From Candidatus Krumholzibacteriia bacterium (GTDB lineage: Bacteria; Krumholzibacteriota; Krumholzibacteriia; JAJRXK01), in the NCBI GenBank assembly GCA_041484665.1, contig JBGPIA010000001.1, positions 192,001 to 256,000 of the forward strand: DNA of 64,000 nt, given 5' to 3'. Shown here piece by piece: positions 10,101 through 19,063 of the stretch (its first letter is position 1; the number at the start of each line of letters is the position of its first letter). The notes below the pieces were generated by a model that worked only from the letters and a program-made list of their open reading frames with translations, searched no databases and was not told where the DNA came from. Made by a program: the position numbers and the translations under genes.

Positions 10101-10133
10101 TGAGGCGTAGATCTGTTGCTCGATGGTGTCCAT
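7107..10133 (-). CDS. Bitopic membrane protein with N-terminal GAP1-like (GTPase-associated protein 1) domain and a large helical periplasmic region
   Basis: EQQIYAS...GHHTHAVTPGL and GRDAGGRPGALLRH motifs; Pro-rich linker; TM LVIVAVSVLVTGALVGVLL; lies directly downstream of the GTPase gene. Confidence 0.6.
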   Translation of the reverse strand: MDTIEQQIYASLALPGLKPGHHTHAVTPGLDAAAIEQHEQICNQWGEYEPGADFTRALVQVPLWNQDPPPGNPSHYAVIQITYQGRDAGGRPGALLRHIVRIPAEMYAALDFNPFHLGRRCELLKAWTPETPFPPMEFPSDPTGAEDLRAIFPERYPMLRAMLTRLLSEGRLHLPSASDSPAAEEVFGQLMELAPVARRRWLSLATFAYRNAENFAVAAMRQDEASFRRSLQMVQDMRPPQLPPDATGYVNDLFAALERRDWAHATGLVRRSEVGSLAAATAAAGAAAPHPAGGVLREGAGEGVGAAALPFQHRPAGVPPPAPPLPPSSRRSRRSRSGLVIVAVSVLVTGALVGVLLSRSARQESGNVQSGERLRRASAKTLAQLVDEHEGILSQMLAQGARDFDLTEAMKSALTTLGERASAALDTECPALEEQLVKAAKSARGDESLKAVAASLQEAAQTAAESVVRLQGLQKLLSAGSLDQLRAAYNAQERRLHVPSAEGKENDPVTGTAVARAHALQRAADAAGKLAATRGGDGFTRAARALLAAADGFPERCAAPATLAQIAEGAAAASDLMDAEQRAGLSALALAVPYRAAALSEGDLAERVKKAQAAAARLRDGGRPVPGRLAQADAFYAAARAVAGGAAGKGEALLAAAVALCPANAAASPCTVADYAAHVARWKLEAWRAIGGPQTGAAKSVYARLGDAALPAPSQEALARMIDVLGQIEAAPSPAPPAVAAAMQGARGALGQGFYGDLCSAWLARNQHQAQSHQAVFRDVYGKLRGAVGQLRGASDATCAAALNNVAALVRQLSAIDLGQLEGDPREKARVAAARELVAAFGRPFPIPLQQIEVHLLSVADYSGTRRQVARPRITVSRVAGGSATELISVLAPPMLAAPGTGFATARVDAGGTLAVGPQDRLLIQGREENKGMVWFHLYVDPPRDGHVATSLLGTLTARVAPETARQIAASSAALPPPSSGGSDVATLQFEFKPRWWTELAAALPELP

Positions 10134-10179
10134 GCGACCGCCAGTGCTTCGCGGCGCGCGACGGCGCGGCTGCCGGGAG

Positions 10180-12624
10180 CTACTCCGTCGGGAATGCCTC
10201 GCTCAGCGGCTGAACGAACGAGTCGTTGACGAGCTTCTCCAGTCCCTCGAAGACCACCTCGGTCTTCGCTCCGCCAGCGCCTGGGCACGCGATCGAGAGC
10301 GCCAGCTTGTGCAGCTCGAAGATGTGGCCGGCCTTCTCGCCGCAGGCGTTGACCTTCTCCGCGCCCGCCTTCTGCAGGCCGACGCGCACCTCGGCGCCGG
10401 GCGCCCAGCGCACGTCCATGGAGAAGCCCGCCTTGGCCGTGCTGCGCGCCCACTCCTGGCTGATTGGGTCCCAGTAGACGACGACGAAGCCGTCGGGTGC
10501 CGACTTCACCGTCAGCTGCAGCACCGCGCCCTTCTCCTTGAGCGTCGCCAGGCGTTGCTTGTAGCGGTCCAGCGCCTGCCCGCGCTGTCCGGTGAGGGCG
10601 GTGTCGCGCAGTCGCCGCTCGGTGTCGGGGTCCTCGAACCACCCGAGGTCACCGCTCTTTTTGTGCTCCGCGATCTGCGTGCTCAGTGTGCGCTCGCCGA
10701 CCCCTTTGATTTGGCGCATGGCCCAGCCTGCTACGGGCTTGAGGTCGTTCTCCGGGACCTCGCGCAGCTGCTGGAGGATGGTGCGGGCGTCGCCCGGCGA
10801 CTGGGCCCCCAGCGCATCCGCCATCAGCCCCAGGTACTCCAGGAGCTTCTCAGCCGTCGCGGCTAGCGTGGAGAAGTCCGCGACGTCGCTCTGCTTGGCA
10901 GCGGTGGCGAAGTCCTGCACCGTCTTACGCAGCGCACCCAGGTCCTCGCCCGGGTTGTTGCGTTTGCAAAGGGTGTCCAGCTGATGGAGGATGTCGTCCC
11001 ACTGGGTGCGCAGGGACCGTTGCGCGCCCGTGTAGTGCATCTGCTGGCATCCCTCGGCGCACTCCCGCGCGAGCTTGTCGTACTCCTCGCGCAGGGTCCC
11101 GCGCACGGGCACGAGCTTGTCGCAGATCTTGCGGCAGCTGTCCACCTGAGCGTCGGTCGCGGCATGGGTGAGCTGGGCGAAGCGCCGGGCGAACTCGTGC
11201 ATCTGCGCCGCCACGCCGCGGTTGTAGGCCGTGATGTGGCGCCAGACCCCCTCCTCCACCTGCGTCTGCTGTTGCCCGCGCAGGTCGCCGAACCAGCGGT
11301 GCTCGCGCTGCCAGGTGTCGGTTCCGAATCCCTCGGCCAGCGCCCTGAGCTCGGCGGGCGTGCGCAGGGCGGGCAGCTCGTCCTGCAGGAATAGGTGGGC
11401 CTTGTAGCGGGCCTCGAGCTCGTTGGCGCGGTGCTTCACCTCGCCCGCGCCAGCCTTGGGCAGCGAGAAGAAGGCGAAGTTCTGCACGATCAGGCGCCGG
11501 GATTGCTTGTGCAGGACGGTGCCGATCCGCTCCTTGGACTCACCGCCGTCGAGCATCTCGGCCAGTGACTCGCGGTGCGGCAGCAGGTGCCACGCGTAGA
11601 AGACCGAGTAGAAGATGAGCACGATCAAGGCGAAGCGGAAGACGAAGCGCCGCACTGCATTGAAAGCGGCAATCCTCTCCTTCTGCCGGATGGTGTCCAC
11701 CACCCACAGGAACGGCGTCTTGACGCCGATGCCGTTGGGATCTTCGGGTGGGCGCGTGGCGACCTTGCCGTCTTGGGTCTCGAGCTTGCGCACGTGGCCG
11801 ACCGACGACACGAAGAAGACCTGGAACTCCATGGAGAGCGTCATCAGGAAGTCGAAGAACAAGGCCAGGCTGCCCAACGTCTTGCGCACCTGCTCTTGGA
11901 ACACGATGTTGCGCGCCACGTGATACTGGTTGCAGATGCCGTCAACGAATTCGTTGAAGCTCTTGGCCTTCAGGTACTCGGCCTTGCGGCTGACCAGTAC
12001 CACCTGGCTCTGGTTCTCGAAGCCCGCCAGCCCGTCGGCCTTGGTGATCATCAGGCCGATGGGGATGCGCAGTCCCTTGCCGCCGCCTTCGCTGACCTGG
12101 TTGATCATGACCGTGAAGTTCATGATCTCGCGCTCGCACTTACGCGGATCGGCGATCATCTCGGGCGACAGCAGGAACAGGATGGCGTCGCACGCCTGGA
12201 AATAGCGGATCAGGTTCTCCTTGGCGGCGCTGTCCTGCTCCAGATCGATCGTCTCGCCCTTGTAATCGCGCGTGCTGAAAGGGAACTGGCTGCCGCCCCG
12301 GATGGCGGCCTTGAAATTAAGCTGGGTCTCCTCCACCGTCCCGGGCAGCCACTCCCCCGAGCGCAGGATGTTCAGGTTGTTGATGAGCTGCTTGCCGGTG
12401 TTGGGGTCCTCGGGGTCGAGGCGGAACTCCTGGTCGTGGCGGCAGGCCTTGTAGAGCATGGTGAAGAACACGCTCTTGCCCACGTTGCTGGGACCGTAGA
12501 TGCCGATGCGCCGCTCGCCCGGCAGGCGGTCGGCGGCCGCTTCCTTGCCTTTGCCGCCCTTCTTCCCTTTGAAGGGCTTGCCGATGGCCTTGAAGATATT
12601 GATCAGGAACTTCAGCAGGGCCAT
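10180..12624 (-). CDS. Membrane-anchored TRAFAC-class P-loop GTPase with C-terminal extracytoplasmic domain (TssM-like topology)
   Basis: G1 GPSNVGKS, G3 DYKGE, G4 TKAD, G5-like FVSS; TM FVFRFALIVLIFYSVFYAWHLL; about 460 aa C-terminal region. Confidence 0.8.
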   Translation of the reverse strand: MALLKFLINIFKAIGKPFKGKKGGKGKEAAADRLPGERRIGIYGPSNVGKSVFFTMLYKACRHDQEFRLDPEDPNTGKQLINNLNILRSGEWLPGTVEETQLNFKAAIRGGSQFPFSTRDYKGETIDLEQDSAAKENLIRYFQACDAILFLLSPEMIADPRKCEREIMNFTVMINQVSEGGGKGLRIPIGLMITKADGLAGFENQSQVVLVSRKAEYLKAKSFNEFVDGICNQYHVARNIVFQEQVRKTLGSLALFFDFLMTLSMEFQVFFVSSVGHVRKLETQDGKVATRPPEDPNGIGVKTPFLWVVDTIRQKERIAAFNAVRRFVFRFALIVLIFYSVFYAWHLLPHRESLAEMLDGGESKERIGTVLHKQSRRLIVQNFAFFSLPKAGAGEVKHRANELEARYKAHLFLQDELPALRTPAELRALAEGFGTDTWQREHRWFGDLRGQQQTQVEEGVWRHITAYNRGVAAQMHEFARRFAQLTHAATDAQVDSCRKICDKLVPVRGTLREEYDKLARECAEGCQQMHYTGAQRSLRTQWDDILHQLDTLCKRNNPGEDLGALRKTVQDFATAAKQSDVADFSTLAATAEKLLEYLGLMADALGAQSPGDARTILQQLREVPENDLKPVAGWAMRQIKGVGERTLSTQIAEHKKSGDLGWFEDPDTERRLRDTALTGQRGQALDRYKQRLATLKEKGAVLQLTVKSAPDGFVVVYWDPISQEWARSTAKAGFSMDVRWAPGAEVRVGLQKAGAEKVNACGEKAGHIFELHKLALSIACPGAGGAKTEVVFEGLEKLVNDSFVQPLSEAFPTE

Positions 12625-12627
12625 GGC

Positions 12628-13650
12628 CTAGCCCTCCTTCGCCGGCGCCGCGGCTTTGGCGTCGCGATCGAGGTGCTGCAGGTCCTGCTCGATCAAGTCG
12701 CCCGCCCGCCGCAGGTCCGTCTCGATCTGGCTGAGGCGGTTGCGGTTCTGGTGGCCCCAGAAGAACAGCCCCATGGACATCCCCAGCAGGATCACGACGA
12801 TCAGCACCGTCTGAAGGATGTAGGCGCCCTTGCGCTTGCTCAGCTCGTAGGCGATGTACTCGCCGGCCATGCGCTCGACCATGCCGCGGAACAGCCGGGC
12901 CACGCCCGCCTTGAAGCGGGTCCACCACGTCTCGCCCTTGTCGTACTCGTAGCGCTCGATCTGGTAGCTCAACAACGGTGCGCCGTCCAGGTGCTGCTTG
13001 CGCAGCCGCGGGAAGACGCCGTCCTTGCTCAGGCGCTGCTCCAGCGATCCCGGCACGCGGATCAGGTTCTCGCCGGGGTACTTCACGCGGCGCCGTGCCA
13101 GCTGGTAGACGAGCTCGCCTGGCTCCTGCTCCACGAGCTGGCTGGCCTTCTCGTCATCCCAGACCGGCACCTTCTCGAGGTTCTCGAAGCGCGCGATCCG
13201 CTCCACCAGGAACAGACACAGCTCCAGCTTGCCGCCGAGCGCGCCCTTCTTGAGCAGCAGCGGCAGCACGTAGGTGTGGACGAAGCGCAGGTCGGGCACC
13301 TGCCGCTGGCGCGTCTTCTCGCACCAGCGATACGCCTGCTCGAAGCCGCGCCCGTAGTCGGCGTGGTAGCGGTGGTGGATGGTCAGCGCGTGCGAGACCA
13401 CCTGTCGCAGATCGGAGGTGTCCAGGTCGGCGATCGAGACTGCGTTGAACAACGCCTGGTCCAGGGCAAAGGCCTGCGCCTCCACCTCGCCGGACAGCTC
13501 GATGGCGCGCTCGACGCTCTCGTACAGACGCATGAACTCCTCGGCGGAGAGCGTTGCCGGGGTGCGCTCGTAGGTCTCGATCAGCTGGTAGAGCCGACCG
13601 GTCCACTCCTGCCCCTTGTCGACGATCTGGGTCTCGGCGCCCTGGGCCAT
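12628..13650 (-). CDS. Hypothetical protein, helical cytoplasmic domain with one C-terminal TM helix (TssL-like topology)
   Basis: 340 aa; RBS GGAG; TM AYILQTVLIVVILLGMSMGLFFW near the C-terminus; lies between tssK and the GTPase gene. Confidence 0.7.
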   Translation of the reverse strand: MAQGAETQIVDKGQEWTGRLYQLIETYERTPATLSAEEFMRLYESVERAIELSGEVEAQAFALDQALFNAVSIADLDTSDLRQVVSHALTIHHRYHADYGRGFEQAYRWCEKTRQRQVPDLRFVHTYVLPLLLKKGALGGKLELCLFLVERIARFENLEKVPVWDDEKASQLVEQEPGELVYQLARRRVKYPGENLIRVPGSLEQRLSKDGVFPRLRKQHLDGAPLLSYQIERYEYDKGETWWTRFKAGVARLFRGMVERMAGEYIAYELSKRKGAYILQTVLIVVILLGMSMGLFFWGHQNRNRLSQIETDLRRAGDLIEQDLQHLDRDAKAAAPAKEG

Positions 13651-13737
13651 GGTCGAGGTCTCCCCCTCCGGTGCGTTGGCGCGCAGCTTCCGGCGCGCCG
13701 GTCAGCGCCCGCCGCCGCTCATCCCCGTAGCAGCCGT

Positions 13738-15207
13738 TCACTCCTCGTAGTAGATGCGCACCCGCTCGTCGGGCTCCGCGGAAAGGCCGCGCAGATCCAG
13801 CAGCCCGCGCGACGCGATCGACACCGCGCTCAGGGTTGGCTCGCCGATCTCGGAGAACAGCGCCACGAGCTTCTGCGGGTCGGCGGTGGCATCGACGGCG
13901 ACGCGGAACATGTTGGCGGTGACGCGCTCGTAGCGGTCGATCATCCAGAGACCGGCGTTGGGCCGCGGGTTCTTCTCCAGCAGGCCGCGGTCGCACACCA
14001 ACAGTAGGCTCTTGGGATTGCGCACGGCCATCTCGCGCAGGAAGCAGTTGTGCCAGGCGTCCCCCAGCTCGAAGGTGCGGGCCCCGTAGGAAGCGAGCTT
14101 GTATTTCTTCTCCTTGTAGTAGTAGACGCCGGTCTCGACCGGGGCGGTCTCGACCACGGGCGCGGCCCCCAGCAGGTACTCGGCCACCTCGTTCATCGAC
14201 TGCAGCAGCGACTGCGCGCGGTAGAAGATGCGGCCCAGCCGCTCGTGGTCGTAGGGCTCGCCCAGGAAGCGGTCGACATCCTCGAAAAAGTGGGGATCGC
14301 CCGAGGTGAGTTTGCCCTCTTGCACGAAGGTCTTGATCCCGTGCTCCAACGCGGCCGGGCGCGCCGAGAGCAGCGCGCGGAACAGCCGTAGCACCCGCGT
14401 CGTGGTGTCCCACAGCCCGTAGGGGTGGACCTCGGGGGCGACCTCCGGGATGCCATCCTCCAGCGTCGCGACCGCCGCCAGCCACGGCAGCACCACTTCG
14501 GAGATGAGCGACTCCTTGGGCTGGCGGGCGGCCGCGGCGGCGGTGAGCAGCTCGCGCAGGCGGCGCAGTTTCTTGCGCAGCTCGGCGGCGGTGCGCCCCA
14601 TGGCCGGCCACGCCGCCACGGTCAGCGCCGGCGGCTGATAGTCGGGCGCGGGCTCGACCTCCACGCCGTCCCAGACGTATTCGGCGATCATGAGCGCGCT
14701 GCGGCTGGAGGATGCGGACGGCACGATCCGCGCGCGCAACGCTGGCACGACGAAGGGGCGGCGCGCCGGCTCCTCGGCAGGATCGGGCTCCCCCACCTCG
14801 GTCGTGGCCAGCTCGGCGGCAGCCTCCGCGTCGGCCGGCTCGACCAGCACGCCCAGCCGCACCGGACGCGGCGGATTGCGTTCAAGCGTGCCGGCGGCGG
14901 AGAGCATTGCGGAGAGCTGCGGCCACGCCTCCTCGTCGAAGGCGAGCACGGTTCCGTCGGGAGCGAGACCGTTGATGCTGTGGATGTGGACGGTCAGGCG
15001 GTCGGCGCCCTGTTCGTGAGAGAGGCGCGCTCCGGACCCGCCGCCGCGCGCCGGTGGCACGAGCCCGTAGCCGCCAGCGGCCGGCGCAACCGCGCGTGCG
15101 AGCCACGCGCGCGCTTGGACGGCGCAGGCCTCCGCCTGTCGCAGGTGCCGGTCGGAGAGGAGCATCGGGTTCTTCCAATTGACCGCGAAGATGCCGTCGG
15201 CAGACAT
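13738..15207 (-). CDS. tssK: Type VI secretion baseplate subunit TssK-like protein
   Basis: N-terminal AVNWKNPMLLSDRHLRQ (TssK VxW..GM.L...H motif), GYGL and DYQPPAL motifs; T6SS context. Confidence 0.75.
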   Translation of the reverse strand: MSADGIFAVNWKNPMLLSDRHLRQAEACAVQARAWLARAVAPAAGGYGLVPPARGGGSGARLSHEQGADRLTVHIHSINGLAPDGTVLAFDEEAWPQLSAMLSAAGTLERNPPRPVRLGVLVEPADAEAAAELATTEVGEPDPAEEPARRPFVVPALRARIVPSASSSRSALMIAEYVWDGVEVEPAPDYQPPALTVAAWPAMGRTAAELRKKLRRLRELLTAAAAARQPKESLISEVVLPWLAAVATLEDGIPEVAPEVHPYGLWDTTTRVLRLFRALLSARPAALEHGIKTFVQEGKLTSGDPHFFEDVDRFLGEPYDHERLGRIFYRAQSLLQSMNEVAEYLLGAAPVVETAPVETGVYYYKEKKYKLASYGARTFELGDAWHNCFLREMAVRNPKSLLLVCDRGLLEKNPRPNAGLWMIDRYERVTANMFRVAVDATADPQKLVALFSEIGEPTLSAVSIASRGLLDLRGLSAEPDERVRIYYEE

Positions 15208-15540
15208 CGCTGCTCTCCTCCGCTTCCCCGAGCAGGCACACGCAGACAGCACCCTTGCCGTTGCGGGTGGAACCGAGCCACGCCCCTGCCGGACAGTTTC
15301 GCCATGCAGGCGCCGGATTCAACAGATTTCCGAGCTCGCCCTCTTCTGTACACCCGCCTCGAGCGGGCGTCCACACCTGAGCCGCTGGAGCTTGCCAGCG
15401 GCCGAAACAAAGGTTGCCTCGCCCGGTCGGCGGTCGGACAATTGAGCGCAGAAGTGCCCGGGGTCCGCCACGATACCAGCTGGATGCGGCGGTGGGTCCT
15501 CCGCGGCCGCCCTCCCGGAACCGTCGAAGGAGATTCCGCC

Positions 15541-16950
15541 GTGATCGAGGAGCCGACTGCCACGGATCGATGGCCGTTGGCGCGCCGCGGACTGGGCGGT
15601 GCGCGGCCGCGCGGCGCGACGACCGGTACCCGTCTGCTTTGCCTGCCCTGCCTGCGCCTGTGGATGGCCCTGCTGAGCGCCGCATCGCTGGTCACGGGTT
15701 GCGCCACGTCGCCCTACGAACGTGGCCGCCAGGCGCTCACCAGCGATCCCGCCGCCGCGGCCCGCGCGTTCGACCAGTCGATCGCAGCCGGCTCGCGCGT
15801 CACCGACGCCACGCGCGAGCGCGGCGCCGCTCGCCTGCAGAGCGGCGACACCGAGGGCGCACTATCGGATCTGGAATCGGCGCGCGCCATGGGCGATCAG
15901 AGTGCGCGGCTGGATTGGCTTCTGGGCAACGCGTACTCCAAGGCCGGACGCTACGCCGAGGCCGCCACCGCCTATCGCTCCTACGAGCAGTTCACCGGCA
16001 ACCGTGCCGTCCGCGAGGCGACCCGCGAGCGGGTCGCCCAACTCGACCACCAGGTGATGGCGGCTGCGGCCACGTCGTTGCGCGAGGCGCGCATGGCGGG
16101 AACGCAACCGCCCGACAACAGCGTGGCCGTTTACGCCTTCCAGCCTGCTGCAGGCAAGCAGGCGCCCGTGGACGACCAGAAGATCTGCCGCGCCCTCAAC
16201 GTGCTGGTTGCGGCCGACCTGGCGAAGGTCTCGGCGCTGAAGACGATCGCCGCCGACCAGCTCGACCTGATCTACCGCGAGCAGCGATTCACGTACGAGA
16301 ACCGCCAGTTCTTCGAGCCCGCGTCGCTGCCGGCCGCTGGAAGCCTCTTGCCGGCGCGCCACATGGTGCGCGGTGTGTATGGCAGTCTGCCCAAGGAGCA
16401 CCTGGCGATGGGTGCGGCCTGCTACGACGCGCTGGCAGGCAGCTCCGCTCAGTGCTCGCAGCAGGAGGGCGCGACCTCCGCGCTATTCGACATGCAGACG
16501 CAGCTGGTGCTCGACGTCCTCAAGTCCCTCAGCGTCAAGCCCACGGCCGCCGAGCTGGCGGCCATCGGGCGCAAGCCCACGCGCAATCTGCGGGCGTTCC
16601 TTGCCTTCAGCGACGGCTTGTACATGCGCGACACGGGCGACCCGCAGGGCGCGCAGAAGGCCTTCGAGAAGGCAGCCACCATCGATCCGGGGTTCACGCT
16701 CGCCAGCGAGGCCGCAGCCGCGACGGCGGTGGACATCGCCGGCGCCGACGTGGTGATCGACGTGCCGCCGCCCGTGGAATCCAGCGCCGCACAGGAGCGC
16801 GCCATGTCCAGCGCGCTCCAGCTGGGCCTGGGACTGATCCCCGATCTGGCCTCGGGTGACGGGACTGCCGGCACGGTCGAAGAGGTGGTCTCCGCGCGCG
16901 GCGAGGCGACGCTGCACATCACCGCGCGCGTCGGAGGTCAGCAGCCATGA
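15541..16950 (+). CDS. TPR + CsgG-like lipoprotein
   Basis: GTG after GAAGGAG RBS (alternative ATG 15664); lipobox VTGC; TPRs; SVAVYAF...ADLAKVSALKTI...PTRNLRAFLAFSDGL. Confidence 0.7.
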   Translation: MIEEPTATDRWPLARRGLGGARPRGATTGTRLLCLPCLRLWMALLSAASLVTGCATSPYERGRQALTSDPAAAARAFDQSIAAGSRVTDATRERGAARLQSGDTEGALSDLESARAMGDQSARLDWLLGNAYSKAGRYAEAATAYRSYEQFTGNRAVREATRERVAQLDHQVMAAAATSLREARMAGTQPPDNSVAVYAFQPAAGKQAPVDDQKICRALNVLVAADLAKVSALKTIAADQLDLIYREQRFTYENRQFFEPASLPAAGSLLPARHMVRGVYGSLPKEHLAMGAACYDALAGSSAQCSQQEGATSALFDMQTQLVLDVLKSLSVKPTAAELAAIGRKPTRNLRAFLAFSDGLYMRDTGDPQGAQKAFEKAATIDPGFTLASEAAAATAVDIAGADVVIDVPPPVESSAAQERAMSSALQLGLGLIPDLASGDGTAGTVEEVVSARGEATLHITARVGGQQP

Positions 16951-18119
16951 GCAGAACGCAGACGATCGCTGCCGTGCGCGGCGCCTCCAGGACCGCAGTG
17001 CTCGGCGCGTCGCTGACTGCCGCGCTGGTCGTAGGGGCGGTGCCGCGAGCCGTCGCCGACGTCGCGTTCGCGCAAGAGCGCACTCTCTACACTGCTATGG
17101 GCCAGAATTCCCTGCGGACCTGGGTCGTGAAGGACAAGCAGACCGGCGACCAGCGCACCTTGCGCCAATTCGCCAGCCGCTGGTTCGGCACCATCAAGAC
17201 CGGCCCCAACGCCGAGCTGGTGCTGTACACGTCGGGGGGATTCGCGCAGGACCATGCCAGCGACGTCGACGTCGCCGAGATTCGCGGGATCTCTGACGTG
17301 AAGCTCAAGGGCTTCTACCACGTCGCGTCCGATCAGCTGCTCCTCTCGGCGGGCGTCAACCTGCCTACCGGCATCACCAAGCTCTCCGACGAGCAGGTGC
17401 GCGCTGCGAGCGCCGTGGCGCCCAACGTCTACGGTTTCCGCCAGAAGCGCTACGGCGAGGGGTTCGACCTCGACCTGGGCGTCTCCGCGGGCAAGCACCT
17501 GTCGCCAGACTGGACGCTGGGCGGTGGAGTGAGCTTCCTGCACAAGGGCGCCTACGACCTCGACTTGTCCACCCGGTACGATCCGGGCAGCGAGATCGCC
17601 TTCACCGTCGGCGCCGACTTCGCGGGCGGTCGGGCAACGGCTGCCACCGACCTGGTCTACCGCCTCTTCACCTCGGACCAGACCAACGGTCAGAAGAGTT
17701 TCGACGAGGGCGGGCAGCTGGAGCTCAACGTCCGCAGCTCCGTGCGTGGAGAGCGCTTCGGACTGGATGTATCGGCGCGCGACGTCGTCAAATCGTCCAA
17801 CACGATCCTCGCGCCGCTGCCGGCGGGCACCGATGACCGCGTGGATAACGGGAACAACTTCTGGCTGTGGGTGACGCCCAGCTACCAGCCTTCGGAGGTC
17901 GTCGCGCTCAAAGGCCTGTTCGAGTACACGGCCACCGGGCAAGGGCAGCAGCAGCCGAGCAGCGGCTGGGCGACGGGCTTCGGCGGGGGGATCGACCTGC
18001 AGCTGCGGCCGTCCGCGATCCTGGAGGCGCGGGCAGAGCGCCTGGTGGGCGGTAGCCAAGCCAAGAACGTGGACCTCTCCGGCTGGGACGTCCTGCTCGG
18101 CCTGCGCGTGCAGCATTGA
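16947..18119 (+). CDS. Outer-membrane beta-barrel protein
   Basis: Signal peptide; alternating amphipathic strands (LSAGVNLPTG, YDPGSEIAFTVGAD); C-terminal strand WDVLLGLRVQH; ATGA-coupled to the upstream gene. Confidence 0.7.
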   Translation: MSRTQTIAAVRGASRTAVLGASLTAALVVGAVPRAVADVAFAQERTLYTAMGQNSLRTWVVKDKQTGDQRTLRQFASRWFGTIKTGPNAELVLYTSGGFAQDHASDVDVAEIRGISDVKLKGFYHVASDQLLLSAGVNLPTGITKLSDEQVRAASAVAPNVYGFRQKRYGEGFDLDLGVSAGKHLSPDWTLGGGVSFLHKGAYDLDLSTRYDPGSEIAFTVGADFAGGRATAATDLVYRLFTSDQTNGQKSFDEGGQLELNVRSSVRGERFGLDVSARDVVKSSNTILAPLPAGTDDRVDNGNNFWLWVTPSYQPSEVVALKGLFEYTATGQGQQQPSSGWATGFGGGIDLQLRPSAILEARAERLVGGSQAKNVDLSGWDVLLGLRVQH

Positions 18120-19063
18120 CGCGTCCGCCACACATTCCCGCCCGGGCTTCGGCCGTGGCGCTGGCGCTCGCCGTCGCGCTCGCGCTGCCGGCGTCGTCCG
18201 CCCGCGCGCAGGACACGGCCTGGGGGCTGATCCTGCAGGTCACGCGCGCGCAGCAGCTCGCCGAGCAGACGCTCAAGGACGTACAGACGCCCCTGGGCGC
18301 GGTGCTGGCCCGCATCTCCCCCGGCAGCGCCTACGCCACCGGCGAGCGGGGCCTGGGCTACTGGGCGCTGTCGCTGGGCGCCACGGGCCTGCGCTTCGAC
18401 ATCACCAATCCCGACTACACCCAGGTCGACGCCGCGGGCCATCCAGCATCCATTACCGGGCCGTTTGGCGCGGCCTACGCCGACCTGGAGGTGGGCATCT
18501 TCTCGGGCTACAGCCCCGGCCACATGCACGACATCGGATGCGTGGACGTGCTGCTGCGGGGCGGCGTGACCATCGGTGACCAGGGGAATCTCGCGAACGA
18601 GGTCGACCTGCAGCACCTGGGGCCGCTCTTGGGCGCGGGCCTGCGCGTGGGGCTGCTGCGCGGTGACGGTTTGCCGTCGATCTCGCTGTCCAGCGGCGTG
18701 AATTTCTTCGACCAGCGCACCTTCAAGGTCCGCGTGCAGCAGGCTGGCAACGACTACGACATCACGCTCGAGCTGCGCCAGAACACGTTCTTCCTGCTCG
18801 GAGAGATCTCCAAGCAGTTCTGGGCGGTGACCCCGTATGGCGGAGGCGGGCTGCTGCACCATCACCTCGAGGCGAGCTATGCGGCGCAGGTCGCCTACAG
18901 CACCGGATCGGTCGAGGTGCACGGCGCGCCACACCTGAGCGAGAGCGAGTCGATCGTGTTCGGCGGCCTGGAGCTGGGCAGCGGTTTCCTGCGCATCGTG
19001 GGCGAGGGCGGCGCTTCCGGGGGCGAACCCTACGGCACCTTTTATTTGAGGTTCACGCCATGA
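18116..19063 (+). CDS. Outer-membrane beta-barrel protein
   Basis: Signal peptide ending ARAQD; strands LGAGLRVGLL, ISKQFWAVTPYGGGG; terminal YGTFYLRF. Confidence 0.65.
   Translation: MTRPPHIPARASAVALALAVALALPASSARAQDTAWGLILQVTRAQQLAEQTLKDVQTPLGAVLARISPGSAYATGERGLGYWALSLGATGLRFDITNPDYTQVDAAGHPASITGPFGAAYADLEVGIFSGYSPGHMHDIGCVDVLLRGGVTIGDQGNLANEVDLQHLGPLLGAGLRVGLLRGDGLPSISLSSGVNFFDQRTFKVRVQQAGNDYDITLELRQNTFFLLGEISKQFWAVTPYGGGGLLHHHLEASYAAQVAYSTGSVEVHGAPHLSESESIVFGGLELGSGFLRIVGEGGASGGEPYGTFYLRFTP

Noticed and set aside
11575..14007. Long antisense ORFs (e.g. 11575..14007 +, 4604..6502 +, 26255..27922 +, 42983..44917 -, 46461..48287 -)
   Set aside because: These are shadow frames of well-supported genes, expected in high-GC DNA, and carry no recognisable motifs.
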